30,467 nt of DNA from a virus: IMG/VR virus record IMGVR_UViG_3300050506_000125, one strand, 5' to 3'. Position numbers and translations under genes: made by a program. Shown here piece after piece: positions 1 to 7,894 of the stretch (positions are counted from its first letter, which is position 1; each line of letters begins with the position of its first letter). Below the pieces are notes generated by a model. That model did no database searches and was not told where the DNA came from. It was given only the letters and a program-made list of their open reading frames with translations.

Positions 1-127
1 ATAATGGCACTAGCTACCGCTACATCCACCAACAAATCAAAGATACTCATTTGTAAAATGGTTCTCCTTTCTTTGGATTTGTCTTGGCTAGTTTTCTAAA
101 GAACTCTAAAGGTTCTCCATAGGTCAT
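1..127. repeat. Left copy of the 127-nt exact direct terminal repeat (circular assembly overlap)
   Basis: Read base by base against 30341-30467; identical. 127 is a common assembler k-mer size. Confidence 0.95.
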
Positions 128-297
128 AGATTGAATTAGATATAGAATTACATAAAGTTTTGTCTTGTTATGTTACATACTCGTTCTTATCTGTACCTGT
201 CTCTATTGTATAATATGGACAAATTGGATCACGTATTGTTTATAGCACTACTCCTAGCAATCATAATATAAAAAAGGTGTGGTGTGGTGGATGTAAT

Positions 298-579
298 TTA
301 AAGAAGTCTGACCACGAATAGTATTGCTACAGCTGCCACAACTATAAGAATTACTCCTAATAGCGTGTATGCTGATTGTGCGTTGGTGTTCTGGTTAAGA
401 CATTGTAGCGCCCATCCTGTGGCGTTAGAAGTTGTCTGGTGTGTACCTGCGTTACCCGGCAGGTTAGAACAGTTTGTCGCAGTTTGTACGTTACCTAAGA
501 TCTGGACACCTATGTTAAGCATGATCGCAATAGCGATAAATGCGCCCACAAGTCCCATGATTGTGCTGGATTCTGGCAT
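298..579 (-). CDS. Putative major capsid protein, SSV1 VP1-like two-helix hydrophobic protein (93 aa)
   Basis: Two long hydrophobic helices flank an N/T/Q-rich loop with NxS/T sequons (NCS, NAT). 'VQILGN' follows helix 1. TATA-like TTATATC lies about 30 nt upstream of the ATG. C-rich stretch plus T6 follows the stop. VP1 similarity is from memory only. Confidence 0.55.
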   Translation of the reverse strand: MPESSTIMGLVGAFIAIAIMLNIGVQILGNVQTATNCSNLPGNAGTHQTTSNATGWALQCLNQNTNAQSAYTLLGVILIVVAAVAILFVVRLL

Positions 580-659
580 CTTAAACTATATCAAAACAAT
601 TTTAGATATAAGCCGATGTCCGTCATATGACCAAAGCTTATAACCTAGTATTTCGTTTA

Positions 660-1040
660 TCACTGTTCATTTGTCTGTGATACTATTACATAATAAATTA
701 GTGTTGCAATTCCAAAGCTAGCCATTATCAAAGCGAAATTAAGAAATTGTGTAGGGAATACGAAGTATGAAATAGGAATGAATAACGTGCCTACAAATAA
801 AGTATATGTGAGCTTGTGATATTTTATGTACGTGAATAGAATAATTACAAATGCAATTACTAGAGAGAAATATCCACCTGTTACATATTGGAAGCCGATT
901 GTAATTGCAGCTAGATAATCTTTACCCATACCGCAATCTTGCCAAATGTTGTTTGATGTATAATTAAGAAAACAGGGATTTGTTTGATTGACTATAATGG
1001 TTTGTAAGAATACTAGCTGCATGTGTAAAAGTTCTAGCAT
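660..1040 (-). CDS. Integral membrane protein (126 aa, about 4 TM helices)
   Basis: Track ORF. Hydrophobic segments throughout. Same strand and tight spacing with neighbours. Confidence 0.55.
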   Translation of the reverse strand: MLELLHMQLVFLQTIIVNQTNPCFLNYTSNNIWQDCGMGKDYLAAITIGFQYVTGGYFSLVIAFVIILFTYIKYHKLTYTLFVGTLFIPISYFVFPTQFLNFALIMASFGIATLIYYVIVSQTNEQ

Positions 1041-1058
1041 TGTTTTTATACTACTCCA

Positions 1059-1223
1059 CTAGACTTTATCTTTTTGTCTTTTTGCTAGTTTTTTCTCTTT
1101 CCAATGATTAGTCTTAGCCTTCTTTTTGCGCTTGATGTTACGTACAGTCCAGTAGAAATAAAGAACTCCTAAGCCTACTACTATTCCTATATAAACTTCT
1201 TGTGCATCATTAAGACCAAACAT
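1059..1223 (-). CDS. Small membrane protein with basic tail (54 aa)
   Basis: Not in track (<60 aa). ATG overlaps the upstream stop as TAATG. One TM helix (VYIGIVVGLGVLYFYW), then a K/R-rich tail. Confidence 0.4.
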   Translation of the reverse strand: MFGLNDAQEVYIGIVVGLGVLYFYWTVRNIKRKKKAKTNHWKEKKLAKRQKDKV

Positions 1224-1510
1224 TAAGCATCCTTTGATTTTAGAGATTCAATGTAAATTTGTGTTGTGTATCTTCCTAGTCTTGATATGCCTGCCATTAG
1301 TATTACGATTGATAAAAACCACATTGGGATGATCATTACAACATAATCACCAGCTGTTATTGTTCCTTTTAGATACAAACCTATTCCTATAAAAGAAACC
1401 AGTATAACAAAATACAAAGTTCTGCGATGTATCTTTAAGTTGTTTGCTTTCCATTGTTTTATCTTTTCTTCCTGTTCTGTTAATGGTTCTTTTGGTTTCT
1501 TGTTGAACAT
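1223..1510 (-). CDS. Membrane protein (95 aa, 2 TM helices)
   Basis: Track ORF. Charged N-terminus, then two hydrophobic helices. Start lies 3 nt after the upstream stop. Confidence 0.55.
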   Translation of the reverse strand: MFNKKPKEPLTEQEEKIKQWKANNLKIHRRTLYFVILVSFIGIGLYLKGTITAGDYVVMIIPMWFLSIVILMAGISRLGRYTTQIYIESLKSKDA

Positions 1511-1513
1511 ATC

Positions 1514-2512
1514 TTAATGATGTGTTGGTGTATAGTTCTTTACTAACTTTTGCACATTTGGTGATAGTTGGCATAGCTTGATATCTCCATCAGATACAGC
1601 TTTGTTTAGATCTTCTGGTAATGGATATTTACTGAATATGGTAGCATCGTCTATGTGTACACATGCATAATTAGTACCAGTTGTTCCACCCCCACCTGTT
1701 GCGCTTGGTGATGTGTTGAACTGTGGGAAGATAGAAGCAAATGGGTTAGCTCCTGATCCGTTAGATATTAGATAGACACCCATGAAAGCTACTGCACCAA
1801 TAATTAAGATTAATGCAGCTATAACAAGATAATTCTTTTTCGCATCTATCTTGGTGTTTAATACTTTCTTTTGTTCCTTGTCAAGTAACATACAAGATCT
1901 AACTACATCTCCTAAGAACTTTGGATCTGTTGCAATAAGATCATCTTCTATAAATTCTGTAATGTCTTTTACTGGTGTAATGATTTGATATACTGCCATG
2001 TTGTCAAAATATGTTTTTAAGTTTGTCATTTGTTGGTTATACTGTTCTGGTTTGTCTGCTACATCTTCAACTAAGTTTTTTAATAGATGTGTTTCAAAAC
2101 CTTTGAACTCTTGTATGGTTGTTGTACCGTCATTGTTTTGTACTATACCAGCACTAGCTTTCTTTTCTCTTTGAGATAGAATCTTGAAAGCTCCGAACAT
2201 TGTTGTATTCATTCTTGGTAATGAATTTAATCTTAGAACTTCTTCTAGTTCTTTATTGTATTCTGGTGAAATTGGTAGATAATGTTTTGTGGAATAATGT
2301 AATATACGAATTGATTTAGCAGCTGTTTCTTTGTATGTTCCTATTCTTGCATCATGTACCTTGAAGCAATAAAGATCCTTATCGATGAATGTCAACCAGT
2401 AATCACCTAACATATGTTTGATATGTCTGAAATGGATTCTTCCTGATGAATCTCTAATTTCAGCTGTAATGTATTTGTGGGTGAATAGATCCTTATGTGT
2501 TATAATACCCAT
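1514..2512 (-). CDS. Single-pass membrane protein, unknown function (332 aa)
   Basis: Track ORF. Soluble N-domain of about 225 aa, one TM helix (NYLVIAALILIIGAVAFMGVYLI), a G/T-rich linker and a small C-domain. Confidence 0.6.
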   Translation of the reverse strand: MGIITHKDLFTHKYITAEIRDSSGRIHFRHIKHMLGDYWLTFIDKDLYCFKVHDARIGTYKETAAKSIRILHYSTKHYLPISPEYNKELEEVLRLNSLPRMNTTMFGAFKILSQREKKASAGIVQNNDGTTTIQEFKGFETHLLKNLVEDVADKPEQYNQQMTNLKTYFDNMAVYQIITPVKDITEFIEDDLIATDPKFLGDVVRSCMLLDKEQKKVLNTKIDAKKNYLVIAALILIIGAVAFMGVYLISNGSGANPFASIFPQFNTSPSATGGGGTTGTNYACVHIDDATIFSKYPLPEDLNKAVSDGDIKLCQLSPNVQKLVKNYTPTHH

Positions 2513-2533
2513 ATGAATTAAACCAGAACATTG

Positions 2534-2854
2534 TTATTTAAAAAGGTGTTGGTTGAATGTAGCACTAACTCTTTTCTTATAATCTTCTATAGTCTCAACA
2601 GGGATTAGAATAGTACATCCAGCAATACGTTTCTTAAAATCTTCCAATGATTCTTTTGGCATTGGTTCAAATGCTGTGTAATGGATCTTCATTTGTTTTT
2701 CTTTTTGAGCTTCCTTCCAAAGTCTTTTCCAATCTGAAAATGAAATACCCGGTGGAGCTTCCCTTCTATATTGTTCACCTAGAATACTATCTAACTGTCT
2801 GTTTTTTTGTTTGATTAATGTATTGTGTTCTTTCTTGGATAGAACTGTTTCCAC
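2534..2854 (-). CDS. Hypothetical charged protein (106 aa)
   Basis: Track ORF with a GTG start. Faces an AT-rich divergent promoter region (2855-2919) containing TATATAAT-type boxes. Confidence 0.5.
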   Translation of the reverse strand: METVLSKKEHNTLIKQKNRQLDSILGEQYRREAPPGISFSDWKRLWKEAQKEKQMKIHYTAFEPMPKESLEDFKKRIAGCTILIPVETIEDYKKRVSATFNQHLFK

Positions 2855-2919
2855 GTGTTCTATTTTATATGAGATATATAATAAAGGTTTATGTTCTAGT
2901 GTATTTCTACTATATAATA

Positions 2920-3396
2920 ATGCCTACCATGCAAGAATCGGAAAAATCTGTAGCTGATTTAGTAGATGTAGTTTTAGAATCTTGGAAAACAGAAAGACTA
3001 GTTGAAACAGAAGATGGTAAGACAAGAATAGAAAGAGTTATTGATTCTAGGCGTGGTTGGTGGCAAACTCATCATATAGCATCTAATCAATTTGGATCTT
3101 TGGCAAAATATCGAGAAGAGCTTGGTAATCTTTTCAAATCAGCAAGTTATCATATGACAGCTCATAGAGCAGCTCCTTTGGTGAAATTGGGAATGATGTT
3201 CTGTGAATCTGTTGATTATTCTATGGATGCGAAAAGTTCTGAAAGTGTAAAGGATGTAAATAATAACCATATGACTTTGTTAACATTGTTAGCTAAAGCA
3301 AAGACAGAAAGACAGTTCAATGTCAAACAAGAATTATCTAAAGGTATCTTAGACGGAATTATCGGCAAGAAAGCAGATCAACAAGCTAATTCTTAG
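2920..3396 (+). CDS. Hypothetical protein (158 aa from first ATG)
   Basis: Track ORF is 2818-3396. The first ATG (2920) sits directly after CTATATAATA, so I trimmed the start. No motif recognised. Confidence 0.5.
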   Translation: MPTMQESEKSVADLVDVVLESWKTERLVETEDGKTRIERVIDSRRGWWQTHHIASNQFGSLAKYREELGNLFKSASYHMTAHRAAPLVKLGMMFCESVDYSMDAKSSESVKDVNNNHMTLLTLLAKAKTERQFNVKQELSKGILDGIIGKKADQQANS

Positions 3397-3471
3397 AAAA
3401 TATAATTAATCTTCTAAATTTTAAATTATCAGAAGTAAAGTATTCAAATAAAATAATTTTGGTTGGTCTAA

Positions 3472-3588
3472 TCAATCTCTGTCAGGATATCTTTCTTTGT
3501 AAACTTTTTCTTCTATAGAATGTTCTGCGTTCTCAGTCCATTGATTAGAACCAATTTCATCTTTTAGTTTGTTTGCTCGTTTATGCAT
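3472..3588 (-). CDS. Mini-ORF (38 aa), in frame with 3595-3753 across a TAG
   Basis: Hand translation: MHKRANKLKDEIGSNQWTENAEHSIEEKVYKERYPDRD. It lies two codons after the in-frame TAG of the upstream mini-ORF. Confidence 0.25.
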   Translation of the reverse strand: MHKRANKLKDEIGSNQWTENAEHSIEEKVYKERYPDRD

Positions 3589-3594
3589 TTTGTT

Positions 3595-3753
3595 CTAGAA
3601 GCTTTCTTCGTTGTGATGTTTCTTTGTGTCTAATGCTCTTTTTTCAAATTCACCTAAGCCTTCGTGATGAAAGCCCTCAGTTTCATTGAGCTCATGTTCT
3701 GTGTGATGAGATGTTCCTATATGGTCTAGAACTTTTTTGCCGAATTCGTGCAT
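3595..3753 (-). CDS. His-rich mini-ORF (52 aa)
   Basis: Hand translation: MHEFGKKVLDHIGTSHHTEHELNETEGFHHEGLGEFEKRALDTKKHHNEESF. Not in track (<60 aa). Confidence 0.3.
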   Translation of the reverse strand: MHEFGKKVLDHIGTSHHTEHELNETEGFHHEGLGEFEKRALDTKKHHNEESF

Positions 3754-3928
3754 GTTTCAATTTTACATTCTGTATTATTTAAGGTTGTGTCTTTTCATTA
3801 AATTTCATCATAAAGAAGAAATAGCTCGGTTGGTTTAGTTCCTTTGCTCAGAAGGTTGACGTATCAACCAACCAGTGATAACTATAATTAATTCCTTAAA
3901 TTTAAACTTTTAAAAAAAAGATTTGATA

Positions 3929-4144
3929 CTAGAGCTTCGTAGTGTCAGGGCTTGGTGTCTGACCTTTTTTTCTCAATTCCTCTTCTGCTTTACGTCTGCC
4001 TTGCTCTTCTGCATCCGCTTTGAGTTTTTGAAGCTCTTTGTATCTTTTTGCAGCTTGTTTCTTTTTTGCGAAATAGCCAGCAATGAACAAGCCACCCATT
4101 GCTACACTAACTTGAAGCCAAGTTACCCAATCAGGCATCCACAT
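3929..4144 (-). CDS. Small membrane protein with charged coiled-coil tail (71 aa)
   Basis: Track ORF. N-terminal TM helix, then a K/E/A-rich helix. Preferred over the overlapping + strand ORF 3923-4156, which is low-complexity F/L/C-rich. Confidence 0.5.
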   Translation of the reverse strand: MWMPDWVTWLQVSVAMGGLFIAGYFAKKKQAAKRYKELQKLKADAEEQGRRKAEEELRKKGQTPSPDTTKL

Positions 4145-4178
4145 AACAACATATAGAGGATTGTACTAGTATATTAGG

Positions 4179-4376
4179 CTATGTCTGTATCTTGTTGTTA
4201 AACATGCTTTTGTGTACGTCTGCTAGGATTTTGTCTGTCTTTGCCTTGATTGTAAATCTTTTACCATGACCTTTTAATGCGCACTTTCTACACTGGATAT
4301 CCGTAGTCTTACGTGTTATAATTTCATGTCCGTCGGGGCAGATGATACGACGTCTCATTAAATTCTTGTTAACCAT
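4179..4376 (-). CDS. Zinc-ribbon mini-protein (65 aa)
   Basis: Track ORF. CPDGH...CRKC pair and basic composition. Confidence 0.5.
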   Translation of the reverse strand: MVNKNLMRRRIICPDGHEIITRKTTDIQCRKCALKGHGKRFTIKAKTDKILADVHKSMFNNKIQT

Positions 4377-4887
4377 TTAAGATCATTTGTCCATGTTGTA
4401 TAGGTTGTAATATGCCACATCTAGCTTTGAAAATATTAAAACATCTCAAAGAACAAAAATAAAACTTGTATTGTACCTTGTTACTTGGTTTTAGTGTTAT
4501 GACTGTATAAATCTTTTTGTATTGATCTATCTTGGATATGTTAGCCATACAAAGATAATTTTTACATTCTGAAACATTGATTGAAGATAATAGTTCTCTT
4601 AGATCAGCTATCTTTCTTAACATTAAACTTTCCTCATAAAATGTATCATTTGCTCTAGCTATTTGCTTTCTCTTTTGATTTTCTGATATTGTGTTTTTTA
4701 ATGCCATTTGGAAAGCTCTTACTCTTTGTGTGTGATCATCTGTAATCATTCCATAATGTAATTTGCATAAATCTATTCTTTCTATGATGCTTGGTGTTTC
4801 TGGATTCAAAAAGATAATTCCTTGTAAATTATATGTCTTGTTGCATCTGTTATCATTATCATCTATAAAGTTACAAGTTCCGATCAT
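4369..4887 (-). CDS. Cys-rich hypothetical protein (172 aa)
   Basis: Track ORF. Cys/His clusters at both ends (CNFIDDNDNRC..C..H; C..C..CSLRC). Overlaps the ATPase stop by 4 nt. Confidence 0.55.
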   Translation of the reverse strand: MIGTCNFIDDNDNRCNKTYNLQGIIFLNPETPSIIERIDLCKLHYGMITDDHTQRVRAFQMALKNTISENQKRKQIARANDTFYEESLMLRKIADLRELLSSINVSECKNYLCMANISKIDQYKKIYTVITLKPSNKVQYKFYFCSLRCFNIFKARCGILQPIQHGQMILNG

Positions 4888-6062
4888 TGTTGTATTACCT
4901 CTGGTTTTTCTCTTTCCTCATCTTCCCAAGGAATAACTTGTACTATGTTTTTATCTGAAAATGAATCTAGGTTTTTATTTTTATCTTTCTCTTGCTCTAT
5001 TAATTTATCTAGCTTGATTCTTTTAGGTGGTGGAGTAAGCTTTAATCCGTAAATTTGACCTAATGCTAATAAATCAAAATTTTGTTCTGTCATGGTTTTA
5101 GATATCTTGTTTACAGCTCTTGTAAGTTCTGGTCTATAGGTGTTTAATCCAAGTTCCTTCATTTTTATCTTAATTGCGTTCTTTGCTATGATTTCACCAT
5201 ATCTTGCATCCAGATCTTGTTTGAACTTGTCCAAGCTAAAATTCTCGTCTTTAGCTCCTTCTGCCATAGAACAGATCGCGCACCCTCTATCCATCCATTC
5301 ACGTTCAGGTGTTACAATAAATCTTAATGATCTTCCATCCCAAAATAAAACAGGGATAAATGGATCTCTGTATCTCATAGTAAAGTTTCGTCTGTTCTTT
5401 CCAATTAGAAAAGTAAATGTTCCTTGTGAATACATCTCTGTTTGTAGTTTTGCGAATTGTGATATAATAAATGGATTAGAGTTTTTTGTAATTGAATTAA
5501 TGTTATCTTCCTCTTCTGATCCAATAGCAGTAAATATCTTAAAATGAGATTGTCTCAAATATTTGTTTTCCGCCTTTGTGTAATGGTAGTTATCTATCTG
5601 TATGATTTTAACATCCTTCTTATCTTTGAAGTGACGTATCATTGATTCACCAGCTTTCAATTCGTTAATCTGTTGTGGTGTTCCTTCCTTCTCAATCCAT
5701 GATACATCATCAAATATGAAGATATAGTTAGCTGCTGGTAGTGCTTCTATTGTTTTCTTAAAACTAAGTAATTCATCTCTTGTAAATATCTTTACTACAT
5801 ATGTGATACCTAAAAGATCCAAGCACATCAAATGTAAGAAATGAGCAAGAAATTTAGCTAGTGTTGTTTTTCCTGTGTGCGGATCTCCTACTATACCTAT
5901 CTTAACATAGTCTAATCTTTTTGCATATTGAGCTATAGAATGTATAGCTGTCTTTGGTGTTTGATTGCGTATCATCTCTATGCCCTTCCATTTGGTAGTA
6001 ATGGGTTTGAAGAACTCTTCCTTCTGACCACCTATTGTAATAACTTTTTGCTCTATTGGCAT
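4884..6062 (-). CDS. P-loop NTPase (AAA-like), 392 aa; possible replication-initiation or genome-delivery ATPase
   Basis: Walker A is GIVGDPHTGKTT. Walker B is YIFIFDDVSW. AGAGGT SD lies 7 nt upstream of the ATG. Acidic/K-rich C-terminal tail. Confidence 0.8.
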   Translation of the reverse strand: MPIEQKVITIGGQKEEFFKPITTKWKGIEMIRNQTPKTAIHSIAQYAKRLDYVKIGIVGDPHTGKTTLAKFLAHFLHLMCLDLLGITYVVKIFTRDELLSFKKTIEALPAANYIFIFDDVSWIEKEGTPQQINELKAGESMIRHFKDKKDVKIIQIDNYHYTKAENKYLRQSHFKIFTAIGSEEEDNINSITKNSNPFIISQFAKLQTEMYSQGTFTFLIGKNRRNFTMRYRDPFIPVLFWDGRSLRFIVTPEREWMDRGCAICSMAEGAKDENFSLDKFKQDLDARYGEIIAKNAIKIKMKELGLNTYRPELTRAVNKISKTMTEQNFDLLALGQIYGLKLTPPPKRIKLDKLIEQEKDKNKNLDSFSDKNIVQVIPWEDEEREKPEVIQQ

Positions 6063-6154
6063 TGACCTCTAAACCTCTTATGACATGAACAAATACAATT
6101 TGGCATCCTACAAAATTCATGCTCACTTGTAGAACATTCGTAACTAAATACCAT
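6053..6154 (-). CDS. Mini zinc-finger protein, CxCxCH family (33 aa)
   Basis: Hand translation: MVFSYECSTSEHEFCRMPNCICSCHKRFRGQCQ. Overlaps the ATPase start by 10 nt. Shares the CxCxCH(K/G)(R/Y) core with ORFs at 11091-11201 and 11785-11928. Confidence 0.35.
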   Translation of the reverse strand: MVFSYECSTSEHEFCRMPNCICSCHKRFRGQCQ

Positions 6155-6156
6155 TT

Positions 6157-6846
6157 CTAATATTTGCTATCCAGTGTAGCTAGTATCTGTTCTTGAATTT
6201 GATCCATTCCTTGTTCATCACCCGGTCTATGATTATCCCATCTTAACTGTGATATCTGTCTTGTTAGTTCTGATACTGCCATGCCAAACCAAGCTTTGTA
6301 TTTAATATGATAAGTTGTACGGTCTGATAAGTTCTGTTTTCTAGAAGGTGGATATGGAACAATCTTTAGGAAGAATGGTTCTTCTAGAATTTGTTTCTCT
6401 ATCTTTGATTCTGATAAAATGTTAGTAGCTTTACATTCATGGCATGTCCATACCTTAGTATGTGTACTACCTGAACCTATCTGTTGTGCTAATGGTAATA
6501 ACATATTCCACATCTTGATATCATCCTTATTGAATTTAGTACCGCAAGGCTTACAGTATATTAGTGTAGGATGTTCTGTAGCAGCTCTATACTTGTCTGT
6601 ATTGAACTCTACTCTATAACCATCCTTGAGAGCTGCATTAACAGAATGTAATGAAGCTGTACATGCGTCATAGTCTTGATGATATAATGCAAAGTAAGCT
6701 CTATCAAGATGTTTCAATGCAAGGATGTTTAGATCAATTAATGCTGGTGTGACCATTTCAATCAATTCCTGTATAACGTTATATATTATAAGGTTGCCGA
6801 TGTAGGTAAGAGAATGTAGCTTTTCATGTATGTTATCTTGTAACAA
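6157..6846 (-). CDS. Hypothetical protein with internal zinc ribbon (229 aa)
   Basis: Track ORF with a TTG start. CKPCGTKF...WTCHECKATN is a CxxC-x31-CxxC ribbon. Confidence 0.55.
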   Translation of the reverse strand: MLQDNIHEKLHSLTYIGNLIIYNVIQELIEMVTPALIDLNILALKHLDRAYFALYHQDYDACTASLHSVNAALKDGYRVEFNTDKYRAATEHPTLIYCKPCGTKFNKDDIKMWNMLLPLAQQIGSGSTHTKVWTCHECKATNILSESKIEKQILEEPFFLKIVPYPPSRKQNLSDRTTYHIKYKAWFGMAVSELTRQISQLRWDNHRPGDEQGMDQIQEQILATLDSKY

Positions 6847-6932
6847 TAGTAGCTAAGGAATAGGCATAGAATAGCTTCTAATCAAACTAAAACCTAAAAC
6901 CTTAAGTAGAACATATCACAAGTTAAAATTAA

Positions 6933-7574
6933 ATGAAGCATGATGAGACTTGGCAGAATAAAGAGACATCTTCTTGGATTCCTTATACAAAGTTCATACA
7001 AATGTTGGATGTAATACCTAGCTTAAAGATACGAAAGTGGAAAGACTCTGATGTTATTATGATGTTCAAGATAACTTACTGGTTGGCTTTACGAATAAAT
7101 GAAACATTGAAACTTACTATGGATAGCTTTGATTTGGTATTAGGTATTTGTTATTTAGGTAAGACCAAAACAGAAGATAATGATCAAAGACTTGTGCCTA
7201 AAATCTTTATTCCAGAACTCAAAGAGTATTTGAAAGATAAGTCAGGTGCGTTATTTCCCGGTATGAATTATGCAATAGTCTATGATTGGTGTAAGAGGTT
7301 AGGCAAGAAATTAAATATCTTAGCTTTCAATACTCCTACTTCTGTTACTAAACAAAAAACTGTTACTCATGCTATGAGAAAGTCTAGAGGGAAGGATATG
7401 TACTATGGTACTTTATCAGGTATCAAAGCGGATATTGGTTCTGTATCTGCAAGGCTAGGACACAAAGGAAATAACAGATTTGCACAAACAATAGATTATC
7501 TAGATCTTGGTAAAGAAGGTACACGTAATTATGATGAAGCAGAAGCAGAAGCACTATCTAAAGAAGTTGATTAG
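6933..7574 (+). CDS. int: Tyrosine recombinase / integrase (213 aa, short archaeal-virus type)
   Basis: Motifs in order: box I Arg (LALRINETLKL), Lys-rich beta-hairpin (GKTKTEDNDQRLVPK), HAMRKSRG (HxxR), LGHKGN (His/Trp position), TIDYLD (catalytic Tyr). Confidence 0.8.
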   Translation: MKHDETWQNKETSSWIPYTKFIQMLDVIPSLKIRKWKDSDVIMMFKITYWLALRINETLKLTMDSFDLVLGICYLGKTKTEDNDQRLVPKIFIPELKEYLKDKSGALFPGMNYAIVYDWCKRLGKKLNILAFNTPTSVTKQKTVTHAMRKSRGKDMYYGTLSGIKADIGSVSARLGHKGNNRFAQTIDYLDLGKEGTRNYDEAEAEALSKEVD

Positions 7575-7894
7575 GTATGATAGTAATCAAACTTTGATCT
7601 ACGTTTCATTTTCCATTCCATCAAGTATCTTTCTATCTTGTACCATCCATGAAATTGTAAAGCCCAAATTCCAAATACAGACATGGGTATAGCTCCTAGA
7701 TCATACATAGTATATTTTCCATAAATAATATCAAATCCTGACAGGAACAAGCTTAACCCACACAGGAATAACCAAAGCCTTTTCATTGGTATCTTTGCGT
7801 TCTCAGTGTCTTTGAACTTGTAAGGCATTGGATAGTATTGTTTATAACCATATACTATAAAAGGTTGATTGTGACCTATCAAGAGAAAGCGCAC
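7571..7894 (-). CDS. Membrane protein (up to 107 aa; start uncertain)
   Basis: Track ORF with a GTG start. Two TM helices in the C-terminal 70 aa. An internal ATG at 7786 (MKRLWLF...) would remove the overlap with the + strand gene. Confidence 0.4.
   Translation of the reverse strand: MRFLLIGHNQPFIVYGYKQYYPMPYKFKDTENAKIPMKRLWLFLCGLSLFLSGFDIIYGKYTMYDLGAIPMSVFGIWALQFHGWYKIERYLMEWKMKRRSKFDYYHT

Noticed and set aside
1-127. The terminal repeats as biological LTR/TIR ends of a linear genome, like the protein-primed linear spindle viruses
   Set aside because: The repeats are direct, exact and exactly 127 nt. ORFs continue across the join. No protein-primed DNA polymerase gene is present. An assembly overlap of a circle is the simpler reading, although only read mapping can exclude genuine terminal redundancy.
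365-643. Plus-strand 92-aa ORF antisense to the capsid-like gene. The same applies to the other shadow ORFs in the track: 1347-1574, 3923-4156, 5140-5547, 5902-6126, 6419-6619, 7507-7692, 9024-9251, 12356-12613, 14804-15001, 14851-15042, 21545-21841, 23145-23363, 24171-24410, 26064-26333, 26484-26744 and 27955-28200.
   Set aside because: Each lies inside or opposite a longer ORF that has recognisable motifs, TM or signal-peptide logic, and operon-style coupling. Their translations are compositionally odd (F/L/V/C-rich mirror images), and they break the stop/start chaining of neighbours.
3595-3597. TAG recoding (for example pyrrolysine or a reassigned stop) across the genome
   Set aside because: TAG terminates several well-supported genes (3394-3396, 15422-15424, 27936-27938, 29996-29998) at positions where the next gene starts immediately. 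No Pyl machinery is encoded.
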